This document shows positions 12,011 to 25,335 of a stretch of 64,000 bases of DNA, piece after piece. The DNA comes from Anolis carolinensis. Taxonomy: Eukaryota. The notes under the pieces are model-generated. The model was given only the letters and a program-made list of their open reading frames with translations. It was not told the DNA's origin and searched no databases. Made by a program: the position numbers and the translations under genes. The stretch covers positions 18,546,647 to 18,610,646 of the forward strand of contig NW_026943820.1 in NCBI RefSeq assembly GCF_035594765.1. Direction: 5' to 3'. Positions within the stretch are counted from its first letter, which is position 1, and every line of letters starts with the position of its first letter.

Positions 12011-14117
12011 TTCAACAAAGGAATGAAGATCTTGTGTGGCCTGCACAGAAATTCTATTCTACCTAAGTAATAATAACCCAGATCCAGACTGCAAGTTCTG
12101 GGGAGAGGTCCTAGCTACTCAGGCATGAGGTCCCATTACTCATGGTCTCATGTGCATCCCTGTTATGGCCAGCCTCCTCGGTCCCTGGTCTGTTTTGTGA
12201 TGGGGGATAGTGGCACGAAGGCATGACTACTTGCAGAGTTTTCCCTTTTCCTGGCTGCTCCTGTGCTTCTACAGTGGGGCTCATCCTGTTAGGCATGTTT
12301 CCTGAGTTCCTGCCCCTCATTAGTTCATGGGGAGTGGGGTTTTATCCTCAAACTGGGAGTTCCCTTCTCTGACTTCGGCATCCTTTTACTTGTTTTGCTC
12401 TGACTCTATGCTCCCAGAAAACAAGGAAGGGTGGAAGGGCCAGGTAAGGGTGATAGGCCCAGTTACATAAGATTCAAGTTAAGGAAAGGGAACACTTTTT
12501 TTTTTACACCAGAACCAATAGGTTTGCACAATAAAGAAAAAAGAGGAACTGGGGTGACTGCAGCGATGAGTGGAAAGATTTCCAAAACACAACCTGTTTT
12601 GTCTTATTCTAGCAGTAGGCTGGAATAAGGCTAACCTTCTAAGACTGCTCTCCCCCGTGGAAACACAAGAAAGTCTTTCTACATCCTGTCTGGTTGAGAA
12701 AGTGCCTTAGAATATGGTGAGGTATCCCCTGGAGGTTTTTAAACAAAGACTGGATGGCAGTATGTCAGGAGGGCTTTGATTGTGTGTTCCTACATGGCAG
12801 AGACTTGCAATATATGGCCCTCATGGCTTCTTCCAACTCTATGATTCTCTGGGGCTGGATGAACAACCATAATGGAATGCAAGGGCAAAATCTAGCTCCA
12901 TACCCTCTGCACTGGCCTAACCAGTTCTAGTCTTTAATTATCCTTCCGTCATGACGCAACCTGAATCAGAACATTTAATCCTGCTTCCTAACAAGACTAG
13001 CTCTGCTTCTAGATCACAGATTTTGCTTAATATCTTACCAATGCAAAATATAATATTAATGGAGGGATGTTAGAATCTATCTGTCAGGTAAAGGCCCATA
13101 TTTTTCAAGTGTCAGATATTTACAAGGCATCTCTGAAGCAACAGAAAAAGTATTCGCCATATGTAAGTGTTAGTAAACATATAGGATCAGTATGGGCTGC
13201 TGTTTCTTTAAGCCCATTTCTAAAACCTTCAGGCACAGAGACGACTTACAAAACAGAATATGAGCTAGAAAGCCTATGGAATCTTAAAGCTTACTTATGG
13301 CAACAGTGAAGGAAAAATTGTTCTGCATCACTGAGGGTGTGGGGCTGTTGGGTTTTGTTGGGATTTTTTTTTTGTACTGTCAGCTTTTTAAAAAAAGTCT
13401 ATCATTCTCAGAAAAAATCAAGAATATCAAGAAACCTGTAACCCGTTGTGATCAGTTTGCATGACCCCAGCAGATAAAACTGTATCTGTGCTGACTTGTC
13501 TGTCATATCTGATAACAGGTTCAGTGACACAACTGTGCCCCCTTTTTTTCTCTAACCGGATATTTTTCAGGTTGTCTATGCCAAAGATATGGACAGACGC
13601 TATGGACAAATGAGACCTTCGACTTGTGCACTAGAATCTTGCTCATTTTGGCTGATAAAAGCAACCTGGGTTAGGGAGGAACTGGCTATCTTGGGAGTTT
13701 ATGCCACTGTACAATTCCATCTTGCTTGAGGTTGGTGAGATATTTGCTGGAAAATTTCCCCTTGAACTACACCCCTTGCCCATCATCCTGGGTAATTTAC
13801 CTGGGCACAACCTTGTGTGGAGACGTATCAGCATTACAGGAATCTAAATATTATGTATCACACATCTCTTTAGATCTGACTTCAGGCTTGATTTCAGGAT
13901 AATATTCTGCTGAATGATTGACTCACAGAACTGGTCCTTGGACTGCCCATCAATTTAAGATACACAAATTATGCACACTTACTACTGTAAGTACAAGTAA
14001 ACATGCTACTTTATTCTCCCTTGTTTTTGTTTCATTGCAGAATGTTTACCCTTAACTGCAAACTAAAGCTGGAACTAGGAAGTTGGACAGTTGCCCAGTT
14101 TGAAATAGGAAAAGTCA

Positions 14118-14540
<423 letters not shown>

Positions 14541-15127
14541 TCAAGCAAACTCTGGAAGATATGCCAAAAACAATGTCTTACAGTGTTTAACATTTTGGAA
14601 GAAAAAGGTTAGTCACAGCTGCTGAAATGCTTTTTATCAAATACTTGATTACAATTTTCAGGATGTATATGCAGGTTCTAGTCACATAAAAATTAAATAT
14701 ATCTGAGGATATCAACTGAATACAAAATCAGGGAAATATACACAGAATTATTTCTGGTAAAGAATTACAATTATATAGAAATGGCATTGGGGGCGTCTAC
14801 AAATTGAATGTACATCTCTATGATGGCATTAACTCAAAATCTACTGAGAGCATTAATAAAGAAAAAGGGAGCTATTAACACCTCCTTATTAACAATATGA
14901 ACATAATTTTGAAAGTAATCCCCCACTGTAAACAAGAAGCATTTTGATTTTCCTTATTTCACTTTAAAGCAATAATTGTCAAATAGACTGTTCTGATTGG
15001 ATTAGAAAAAGTACATGAAGTAAGCAATCTCTGACACCTCTTATTCAGTTATCACCCTGCTTCTTGGTATAATGTGGCTAATATATATTACTGTTGTATT
15101 GGCTTTTTTGTATAACAATTTCCCTTC

Positions 15128-15560
15128 CGGGGTTGTTGTATGTCTTTCGGGCTGTGTGGCCATGTTCCAGAAGCATTCTCTCCTGACGTTTCGCCCACAT
15201 CTATGGCAGGCATCCTCAGAGGTTGTGAGGTATGGAGAAAACTAAGCAAAGAGGTTAATATATATCTGTGGAAAGTCTAGGGTGAGAGAGGTCAGTGTGA
15301 ATGTTGTGTAGTTAATCACTTTAATTAGCATTGAAAAGCTTATCTGCTGTCTTCTTCCTGCCTCTGGGGCATCCTTTGTTTAGAGTCGTTAACTGCCCTT
15401 GGTTGATTCATGTCTGGAAATCCTCTGTTTTCAGAGTATTGCTTTTTATTTACTGTTCTGATTTTTGAGTTTTTTAATACTGGTAGCTAGATTTTGTTCA
15501 TTTTCATGGTTTCTTCCTTTCTGTTGAAGTTGTCCACATGCTTGTGGATTTCAATGGCCA
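15128..15560 (-). mobile_element. Penelope-like element 3' fragment
   Basis: Encodes AIEIHKHVDNFNRKEETMKMNKI (end of the GIY-YIG region), followed by terminal sequence with a hammerhead motif. Confidence 0.88.
15182..15222 (-). ncRNA. Minimal type I hammerhead ribozyme motif
   Basis: CCU CUGAGGA U GCCUGC-CAUAGAU-GUGGGC GAAAC GUC AGG: both core boxes, stem II, palindromic ACGU stem III and a GUC cleavage site. Confidence 0.75.
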
Positions 15561-16101
15561 TATAAAAGCTGAAAGAATAATCTACTGAATGTTCCAGGTT
15601 TGGGAGGAATTGTATACACATATGAATATGACATATTCTAGCTGCCACTTTCTGTATTGTGATTGTTCTAAAGAGCCTAAAACAGTTTCTCTCAACTGTG
15701 GTCCTAAGCATATGAAAATGATTAATTCAGCACACTATCAGGAAATGATATGTCCTAAAGTGAATTGATTTCTAGGAATAAAATGCAGAATCAATGTACA
15801 ATCATGACAGATTGCAACAGATGAGGTTCAGTTGAGCGTCACCTGACAAATTCCATTGGAGAGTTGGAAGAAACCACACGGGCCATCCAGTCCAGGCGAA
15901 GAAACGTGCTTATCTTTATCAAACCAACATTCATTGCACAAGGTATGACTAGTAAAACAAACAAAATTTACCTTCCCTAACACTTAACATGGATTATTTT
16001 TGAGCACAATGCTTGAGATAAAAACCAGGAATGCCTTTACAATTCTATTTAAAGAACTTGCTATTTTGACTGGATTCAAGATATTCTCAGAGGGCCTAAA
16101 G

Positions 16102-16305
16102 ACACCAGATCCTATCTGATCTTGAAAGCTAAGCAGGATCAGTCCTGGTTAGTACTGGGATAGGAGATTGTCTATGAACACCAAGTACGATAGTTTATTT
16201 TTCAGACAAAGGAACAGGCAAAAACATCTAGCTTACCGAAAAAAACTCTATGAAATTCATGGGTTGTCCTACATTGAAAGGCAACTTGAAGACATACACA
16301 CACAA
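16102..16305 (+). mobile_element. 5S rRNA-derived SINE
   Basis: GATCCTATCTGATCTTGAAAGCTAAGCAGGATCAGTCCTGGTTAGTACTGGGATAGGAGA aligns to the 5S internal control region; followed by a non-5S body and a CA-rich tail. Confidence 0.75.
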
Positions 16306-19300
16306 GATATTCTGCATCAAGCAAGGTTTACTGACTGCCACACATTCTATAAAAAGCGCCTTAAGTCTTATACAGACAAGATGAGGGGCCCTCTACATAT
16401 ATACCCTACAAGAATTCCTCCTAAAGCTACCAATGCTTGGAATGCTTCACTGAAACAAAATGTTGCCCAGCAATGGAGCATTATGAGAATGGTTTTTTAG
16501 TCATGTCTGCAGATGGAAGGTTTATACATGATGAGAAACCTTACCTTATGGTGGTCCCCTAAAACTCCTCATAGTAGATGTGTAAATAAGACATCAACAG
16601 CAAAATCTATGGTACCTCAAAAGAAACAGTAAAATCTATGGTACCTCAAATGAAATGTGAAAGCAGTAACATAAAAGCAGCACCGAGTTATACATTTTTG
16701 TCCAGTAGATGAGGTTCAAAAAAGAATCTGAACATTTTGCTAGAGATCAGATATAGCAGCCAGAGAATTTCATGCATACAAGCGTCAACAACTTTCAACT
16801 TAAGGCAGCTGTAAATTCAAGATATAAATGTTCATATAGAAACTGACCCAGAATTTAAACAAGAGATACTACCATGAGAGCATGCTACACATGCATTCCA
16901 TCGTTTTGCAACATCCCTAACCATGGTTTATGGCTTAGCTTCAAACGCAGATTGCATGCTTTTGCTAAAGAAAGACCAGCCGTGGGAGAAACAAGCACAT
17001 GAAATAGAAGAGCTTTTGTAAGAACATTGTTTTAAGGGGGGGGGGGGGGCTAGACTATAAGTTTACTTTTCTCCAGACAGCATGGCCACTCTTAGGGAGA
17101 TGCTGGAATGTATTTTTTTTTTCCTAATAGGCAGGTGCTAACATAGCACAAGATCTCAGTTTTTCTTCCTTTCTTCTCATTCTATGTCTACCTGGTATGT
17201 GTTTGAGAAACAAGGAAAGAGAGAGAAAGTGCACAAAAGTGTCATTAAGCACGTGTTTTTAAGGAGAGAGAAAAATGTCTAAGTGAGATGAAATAACTGC
17301 TAGTTTCCTCTGGTGCCTTCAGCACTTTTTTGATTCTTGCTGCCTGCCAAGAAACATATCCGGAATACATAAGTACTTGCATCCCATTGGAAGGTTGATG
17401 GATCCTGAAAGGATATATTTCAGTGGCTGCAGAAAAGGCCTCTTTGCTTTAATAGAAGTCCCTTGTAGTTACAAAACTAGCTGTTGTCAAGCTTCCAGAA
17501 AGTTTATGTTTGGTTCCATGCTACAGACAATTTTTTTCCATCTCTCTTTCCCTTTTAATGTAAACCATAGATTACAGTCAAGGAGGAACTGAAGCATCAT
17601 ATTACACTAAACACAGACAGATCATCATGGACTAAATATATTTCGCTGTTCCACAGGCACTCATGGGTGAGTAAAGAAGCCAGATCCCACTCCATGAGGA
17701 AAGCTACCCAAATAACCCCATGCTACACGTTCAGAACAAAGAGTCCTGGCAATATAAATCCAAAACCATGAGGAAATTGCTTTGTGTTCCCTAAGCAACA
17801 ATTCATCTCCTGGATTTCCCCTGAGGAATTAAATTCCATCTGCTTACGCTGAAGCTAGTTTATGTATGGTTAAATCTATGTAATGAAAAGCGGAATTTGG
17901 CATACCATATGGCAGCTTGAGTGATGTTATTTCTCTTTTACAAGCGGCAAATCCCAGAGCAGTTCTACAGTTATGTCATCTTGGCAAAAGGAAAAAGGTT
18001 TCCTTCTTGCTTAAAAAAAATGAACTGCAAAACACCACTCCAAAATCTCGTAGAGTCTACGTATAGCTTCTAATAATCTTGCCCAGGCACATGATAATAT
18101 AAGCATATATTTTTGATCTGTCATACTACCCCAAGTATTGTCAACATCTTTGTCTAGAATGACTCAGAGGATATACACCAAACATATCCATCTAAAAACA
18201 ACTTCTCCCTTCTTAATTCAGAGTGAAAAGACATAGAGTGACCTACTTCATTCTGAAAGCCACAAGCTTGCAATCATCTAATTTAAGAAAGATGAACAAC
18301 ACCAGACATTTGCAACAGTAGTTTCTGCAGTGAACACCCATATGACAACTCAGCAAGGAATCCCCAGCACTTTCTGGGCCTGCTTGACCACCACACCCTT
18401 TTGGAAGTTATCTTGAACCACCTATCCACCAATGTCCTCTGGATCCTGAATTGCTCTCATTTTCAAATCAGTACCAGGAAAACAGGATACATAATTTGAT
18501 AAATAAACCAGCAGTACATTTTTAGAGATAAAATATAGAGTCGGTCTCCTTCAAAATCCAATTCACAATGGGTACAATTGCTGCTTTCTATCACTACCTA
18601 AAGTGGCTGGGAATAAATTCTCTGACCAGGGAATTTCTGTTGTGGTAGAAAGGAGGTGACTATACAGACAGTACTTAAAACACCATTTCCCACCCTAGTG
18701 CTCTCCAGATATTTTGTGCTACAACTCCCAAACTGTCTGAATGCTAGCCAGGTGTTGCGACTAATCATTAGTTTGACTGTTCAGTGATGGGGTATTATTG
18801 TTCAGCATAATTTTGAAAGACAGTATTAAAAGCCTAATAATATGGAAGTGCTATCTTCACAACATCTTCTTCACACAAATCCCAATGTCTAGTTCCATTA
18901 TCATCATGGAGAAAAGACCCAGATAAAATGAACCTGAGAATAGTACCCTCAGATTGTTTTGGAATACAACCTCTGCATTTCCTCACTGAACCAGCTTCAG
19001 CTGCTGGGAATTGTAAGCCATAGCATCTGGGGAATGCTAGGTCAGGGACATGCCTAGTCCTGAAACATTTTGAAGAAGAAATCAGCCTTCACATGACTTA
19101 GATGGAAACAGAAACGATACTAGGATACCTATCTGTACTAAATACTGCATTCACCTTTCAACAGATTAGGTGACAGTCCGTAGTTGAACAAAACTAAACT
19201 ATAACAAAAGACACATCGCATGTTTCAGATGAAATAGGTAGATGGTTCACGATAGTATTGCAGCTGTTGTTGAACTGCAATTCCGGACACTACTAATCAG

Positions 19301-19698
19301 CATATGAGAATGAATGCTGGAAGCTATATAATGGCTATGTAACCCCTCACTCCTAGTTTACAAGAATAACAGTAAAAAAAACCAAAAGTTTCAAGTTCAA
19401 GTATCAACAAAGAAAAAGGCTAAAACTTATAACATTCAAGACAATTTGTTTTTGGAGCAATTTCCACATATCCTTAGGCTCAAAAGCATCACATTTACTG
19501 CAACAAGACAAGAAGATCAGATCTAGTTATGGAAACTAAATTTTGGCTCAGAAAAGATTTCTCCAACAATACGCAGCCCCAGAATCCATATATGGCAGGC
19601 AGATTTTCCTTCCCCTGCCCTGAGAATTGCATGACATCAGTGTAATGATGATAAGTACAGCATGGAGACAGCTCCAACAATTCTTAACAGTGACTCAC

Positions 19699-19751
19699 CA
19701 GGAAGTCTGTTCATGTTGACACCTTGGGCCGAGAGTCCTATCCCCATGTAC
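19699..19751 (-). CDS. RANBP10: RANBP10 exon 3 (SPRY)
   Basis: YMGIGLSAQGVNMNRLPG; AAG acceptor, GTGAGT donor; 53 nt. Confidence 0.95.
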
Positions 19752-21644
19752 CTTCAAACAAACAGAATTCTGTTAGTTTATCAAACAGGGAATCAATCAA
19801 GTAACACCACATAGTGCTGCTCTTCCATACTGGAAGCAAATATAAACAGAAGAAAGTCAAAGTTATTAGTAAGTGGAACTTGTGGTCAGATTCCCTCCAG
19901 AGTCAAACAGAAATGCCTTGGGCACCTGGCCAGGCAGCAACTGGGATAGTCACTAACCTGCTTGCTTTCTTTAAAAAGCAAAATAACAACATACAACATG
20001 TCCTTAAACTATTGAGTATGCAAACAATTTCTAATTTTGTTAGTTGCTTCTAAGCATTCAGATATAAAAAATCTGTGTGTCAGAATTGCCTAAGAATTCT
20101 GTTCAATGACAAGCACAATTCATCTTAAACTTGGCTCTGTTACACCTCAATTTAGAATCATCACACACCAATCTGGAAAATGCACCTTTACAGAAGCCCT
20201 GCATGGGCGATTTGTCTTCATCAGCACACAAGATACATCCTTCTTCAGTGACTAAGCAAGCTGCACTGTCTGCCAGATAGATCGTTTGAATTATCTCTAA
20301 CTAGCAGGAGTGATCTCTGTTACTGCCACCCAGGGCTTACATAGCTGTTAGCATTTTTATGCTGTAATGTTTGACTGTAAAGCTTTGTGGTTCTACTGAT
20401 GGTTCAAGTCTAGGAAAAGGAATGGGTAGTTTCCAAGTGCCACTGCAAAGAATGTTTTGCCATAGACATGTAAGTCCTTGCTCCAAAAGGTCTTCAAAAG
20501 TGGAGCTATGTTTTAAATTTTAATCTTACATTTAATTCCCTGCCCATTTTAGACCAGGGCTTCTAAACGAGGGAGTCTATGGAGAATTCTGTGAGAGCGA
20601 GATAGGGGTTTACAAAAGGTCGTGATTGAAAACAAACCCTATCTGCACTGATTGCTAAACACGTAAGTTGGGGATCTGCACCGCCCCCCCCCCCGCCCCC
20701 CCGTTTTGCACAGACCTTCTAGCACTACACTCTCATAAGGAAGAAGAAAAGCAAGGAAGGCCAGCCAGTTGTTCTATTGATGCTCACAAGGTGAACAGAT
20801 GCAAACAGGCAGCCTTCTAGTCCTCCTTCGTCCCTCTCTCCCAGCAGGGCTTGAAGAGCTCCCCATATGTCCCCTTCATCCTCATTGGTCACAGGGCAAG
20901 GAGGAAGGCCAGCCAGCCAGCTTAGAGGGTGGCTGCTCAATCGCATCTCCCAAGGTGACTGAATGTAAAGGTAGCAATAACTGAGCAGCTGGCTCGCTCC
21001 CTGGCCTTCCTTCCTTTGCTTCTTATATGTGAGAGTGCATTATTTATCACTGTGAAGTCAGAACCCCTGGGCCTGTCTTGGCTGAGGAAAGAATGTCCGT
21101 CTTCTTTCTCAGTCAGAAAGCACAAACCAGAGGTGGAGGTGGCAAGCCCAATAGGGAAACAAGTCATCCAGGAACACCTGGCCTGGCCGCTCTAAATGAA
21201 TTCAAGTCTCCAGGGCCGGATCAACTACACCCAAGAGCACTGAAGGAACTAGCGGAAGTTATTTCGGAACCACTAGCAATCATTTTTTAGAGTTCTTGGA
21301 GAACAGGAGAAGTCCCAGCAGTTTGGAGGAGGGCGAATGTGGTCCCTATCTTCAAGAAGGGGGAAAAGGACGATCCAAACAATTACTGTCCGGTTAGCCT
21401 CACGTCGATACCAGGCAAGATTCTGGAAAAGATCATTAAGGAAGTGGTCTGCAAACACTTAGAAACAAATGCAGTCATTGCTAATAGTCAACACGGATTT
21501 ACCAAAAACAAATCATGCCAGACTAATCTGACCTCTTTTTTTATAAGAGTTACAAGCTAGGTAGATGCGGGGAATGTCGTGGATGTAGCCTATCTGGATT
21601 TCAGTAAGGCCTTCGACAAGGTCCCCCATGACCTTCTGGCAAAC

Positions 21645-22589
21645 TGTGATGGTTCATGGGCCATGTAGTCCTGTTCCTAGTGCTGTTGTGACAGATGAAG
21701 AGGAAAACTTGGGTTTTCCACCACTTCAGCCAGAAAAGGAACTATCTCAGCCAGAAATGGAGCCTTTGCACCTGCAGGAGGTTTGTATTCCAGAAGTCTG
21801 TCAAACAAGCCCTGAGCCAAAATCTCCCCCGTTTTCTCGCCATGATTTTTGTAAACAACAGAGGGGAGTCGAACAGGCGTCTCGCAGGAGTGCTAGGATA
21901 GCTGCTAAGCATTCAGCTGATTAAGCCTGCTTTCCATGGGAAACTTTAAGGAGTCATGCATCTGGACTCAGAGAATAGCTTTCGTTTCTGGTTCTCCAGA
22001 GAACTGCTCTTTGGCGGGAAAACGGGACCCTATTTAGGTGTTTTACCCACAAAGGGATCTTGCGGAGTCAATTCGTCAGCTACCGGAGTAGCGTGTGTGG
22101 ACAGCTACTCCCGCTTCCAAGCCTTTGTTCCTGATTCCAAGCCTTCGTTTTCAGCCTTGTTTGCCCCACGGATCTTGCCTTGCTTTCCAGGACTCAGCCT
22201 TGCCTTGTTTCCCGGACCTTGCCAAGTAATTACCACGGATCTTGTTCTTGTTCCTCGTTTTCTTGTTGCCTTGAACCAAGCCTTGTTTTTCCAAGAACCA
22301 AGTTGCTTCCTAGCCTCGCTCTAGTTTCATGGACTAAAGGACCTTGTCATCTCCCCTCACTTTGCTTGGCAAAGTGAGTGTTTCGGTTATTGGATTACAA
22401 CTTTGGACCTTAATATTTCATATTGGACATTGCTTCTTTGGACTAATTTTGCCCTTTCCTGAAAGGTCTACTTCTGGACTATTTTCTACACTTGTTTTTA
22501 TTAACTTTATATATTCCTTCAATAAAGATATTAGATAGATTCTGGCCTCTGTGTATGGTTATTGGTGCTCTGCAGCCTGGGTCCTGACA
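21645..22589 (+). mobile_element. Solo LTR, family A copy 1 (945 bp), inserted into a CR1
   Basis: TGTGA...TGACA termini, 5-bp TSD CAAAC (21640-21644 and 22590-22594), TATA-like TATTTA at 22031, AATAAA at 22521. Confidence 0.92.
21649..21924 (+). CDS. LTR family A U3 ORF, 91 aa, ending RRSARIAAKHSAD
   Basis: Collinear with the ORFs in copies 2 and 3, with the same start and stop positions and synonymous-biased changes in the C-terminal motif. Confidence 0.6.
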   Translation: MVHGPCSPVPSAVVTDEEENLGFPPLQPEKELSQPEMEPLHLQEVCIPEVCQTSPEPKSPPFSRHDFCKQQRGVEQASRRSARIAAKHSAD

Positions 22590-24964
22590 CAAACAAGCTA
22601 GTCAAATGTGAGCTAGGCAAAACTACAGTTAGGTGGATCTGTAATTGGTTAAGCGAACAAATCCAAAGAGTGCTGACTAATGTGTCTTCTTCATCCTGGA
22701 ACCGTCCTGGGTCCGGTTCTGTTCAACATCTTTATTAACGACTTAGACGAAGGGTTAGAAGGCACGATCATCAAGTTTGCAGGCGACACCAAACTGGGAG
22801 GGAAAGCTAACACTCCAGAAGACAGGAGCAGAATTCAAAACGATCTTGACAGATTAGAGAGATGGGCCGAAACTAACAAAATGAAGTTCAACAGGGACAA
22901 ATGCAAGATACTTCACTTCAGTAGAAAAAATGAAATGCAAAGATACAGAATGGGGGATGCGGGGCTCGACAGCAGTATGTGTGAAAAAGATCTTGGAGTC
23001 CTCGTGGACAACAAGTTAAACATGAGCCTACAATGTGATGCAACAGCGAAAAAAGCCTATGGGATTCTGGCCTGCATAAATAGGAGTATAGCGTCTAGAT
23101 CCAGGGAAGTCATGCTACCCCTCTATTCTGCCTTGGTCAGACCACACCTGGAATACTGTGTCCAATTTTGGGCACCGCAGTTGAAGGGAGATGTTGACAA
23201 GCTGGAAAGCATCCAGAGGAGGGTGAATAAAATGATCAAGGGTCTGGAGAACAAGCCCTATGAGGAGCGGCTTAAAGAGCTGGGCATGTTTAGCCCACAG
23301 AAGAGAAGGCTGAGAGGAGACATGATAGCCATGTACAAATACGTGAGGGGAAGTCATAGGGAGGAGGGAGCAAGCTTGTTTGCTGCTGTCCTGCAGACTA
23401 GGACGCAGAATAATGGCTTCAAACTACAGGAAAGGTGATTCCACCTGAATATTAGGAAGAACTTCCTCACTGCGAGAGCTGTTTGGCAGTGGAACTCTCT
23501 GCCCCGGAGTGTGGTGGAGGCTCCTTCTTTGGATGATATATTTGGTTGGCTACTGTACCAAGCAGGTGACTGGAAGCAATAGCGGTAATGAGGAGTGAGA
23601 CCCCTATCTTACTTATCTCGTGACTGGTGAGGATGGAAGGGGTGCACTGGGAGTTTGCCAAGCATTGCTAGAAGGGAAGGAAGGATCGGGTACTGATGCT
23701 GGCTCCCTTGCTGCCTTACTTGAGGAAAGCGCGAGGAACGACAATGGCCAACTGCAGCAGCTATGGCAGTACTGATCCTGTGGATATGGGGTTTGTATTG
23801 TAATTCTCATGTAGGGGATCCTGACAGAAAAGCTCATGTAGGGGATCCTACAGAAAAGCTAGTCTAACTACTGGTAATTATATTACTCTGGCTAACATGA
23901 AGTTCTGTAACAATAGGCATAACAGTCCTGTTCCCGTTTCCTCAGACATCAATCTCGCTGTGTACAGCAGTAAGTGTGCTTAGGATTATGCTCTGAGATC
24001 AGTTTTGAAATATATATCAATAGCCTATTAAGTTCTTAGGTGACTTGTTTATACTACAGGGCCCAAGTGATTGCTTTAATACATTGCTTAGAAAACAGAG
24101 ACAAAAACACAAACTACCCAAACAGGCCACACAAGATATTTGCTTTAAATACCAAATACTGCTTTAAAAGACTGAGAGTCCGGTAAAATAAAAAGTTGAG
24201 ATGCTCAATTCAGCGCAAGAAGCATAGAACACTCAGAACATATGTACATCTCATTGCAATAGAATAAAAAATAAAAAATACAAGTCATACATTTAGGATT
24301 GGTGATATTTTTGATCAGAATAGTAATAACATGTCATTTGCTTGGGGTCTTAAATATGAAAGAAACAGTCACAAGGCCTGAAGCTCAATGAATTGTGGAG
24401 GCACGAGTCCAAATTTTATATGAAACCCCTTAAAGAGAAGTTATTTCTAAACAGCCAAAATGAATATTCTCAAAGGCTTTTTATTTTTTCCTTGTTTTGC
24501 TATCTTTCCATTTTGTCAACATTTTCATGCTAATTTTTCTGGAGAAGTATGTCTTTTCCATTGTATTACCGTAAGAGGTGACAAATCTTTTTGCAGTGCT
24601 GATTAGTACTCTTTTAAAATCCCAACGTTAATCAAGAAGGAAGGATACACATGTATGTTATTTCACACACAACTAGTCTTTTCAAATAGGACCCCCTTGT
24701 CAAGAATAAGAGTCTTTATTGAGTTTGTTTAACATGGTAAGAATATCTGACAAATTGTCAGGAAAGAGAACAGCAGTGCTGCAAATAGTAGGTCATGAAA
24801 TTGATATTAAGCTTATCAATTTAATGACCTATATGGGAATAAATATATCAGCTTCTAAAGAAGAGAGCACAACAGCCAATCATTGTTACTGTAACTGTCT
24901 CATTACTGTTTTTTAATGAAAACAATTCTTACATATCTGGATGGTCCCAATCCAATTACTAGAC

Positions 24965-25335
24965 CAGGGGTCCCCATACGAAGGCCTGCAGGCCAGATGC
25001 GGTCCTCCAAGGTAATTTACTCCCACCCTAAACTTTTAGACTTTAGGTCGCCCTAAGTCTGAAACAACTTGAAGACATACAATAACAATCCTAATTAACT
25101 TGTCTATCTCATCAGCCAAAAATAGGACCACACTTCCCAATGAAATACTGGTAAGTTTATGTTAGTTAAAATTGTTCTTCACTTTAAATATTGTATTGCT
25201 CTTTTATGTTTTTGTGCACTACAAATAAGATACATGCAGTATGCATACGAATTCATTTGTGAGTTTTTAAAACTATAGTCCGGCCCCCCAACAGTCTGAG
25301 GGACCATGTAGCCCTCTGCTTAAACATTGTTGAAT
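24965..25335. mobile_element. hAT-like non-autonomous DNA transposon
   Basis: CAGGGGTCCCC terminus and GGCCC-rich subterminal motifs; right end degenerate. Confidence 0.6.

Larger units (their letters stand above)
21160..23533 (+). mobile_element. CR1 LINE ORF2 (RT) fragment, split by the LTR insertion
   Basis: KSPGPDQLHPRALKELA, VPIFKKGEKDDPNNY.PVSLTS, LDFSKAFDKV, LGPVLFNIFINDL, KFAGDTKL, LVRPHLEYCVQFW; contains stops and a deletion. Confidence 0.95.

Noticed and set aside
16102-16190. Functional 5S rRNA gene
   Set aside because: The 5' end is missing, there are many substitutions, and it continues into a SINE body.
16600-16655. 29-bp tandem duplication (also a 15-bp duplication near 44358-44390)
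   Set aside because: Ordinary local slippage duplications with no further structure.
21956-22538. Further ORFs in LTR family A (MHLDSEN..., MSSPLTLL...)
   Set aside because: The MHLD ORFs of copies 1 and 3 fall out of frame after about 22 codons, and the MSSP similarity only reflects near-identical DNA. There is no synonymous bias like that in the U3 ORF.
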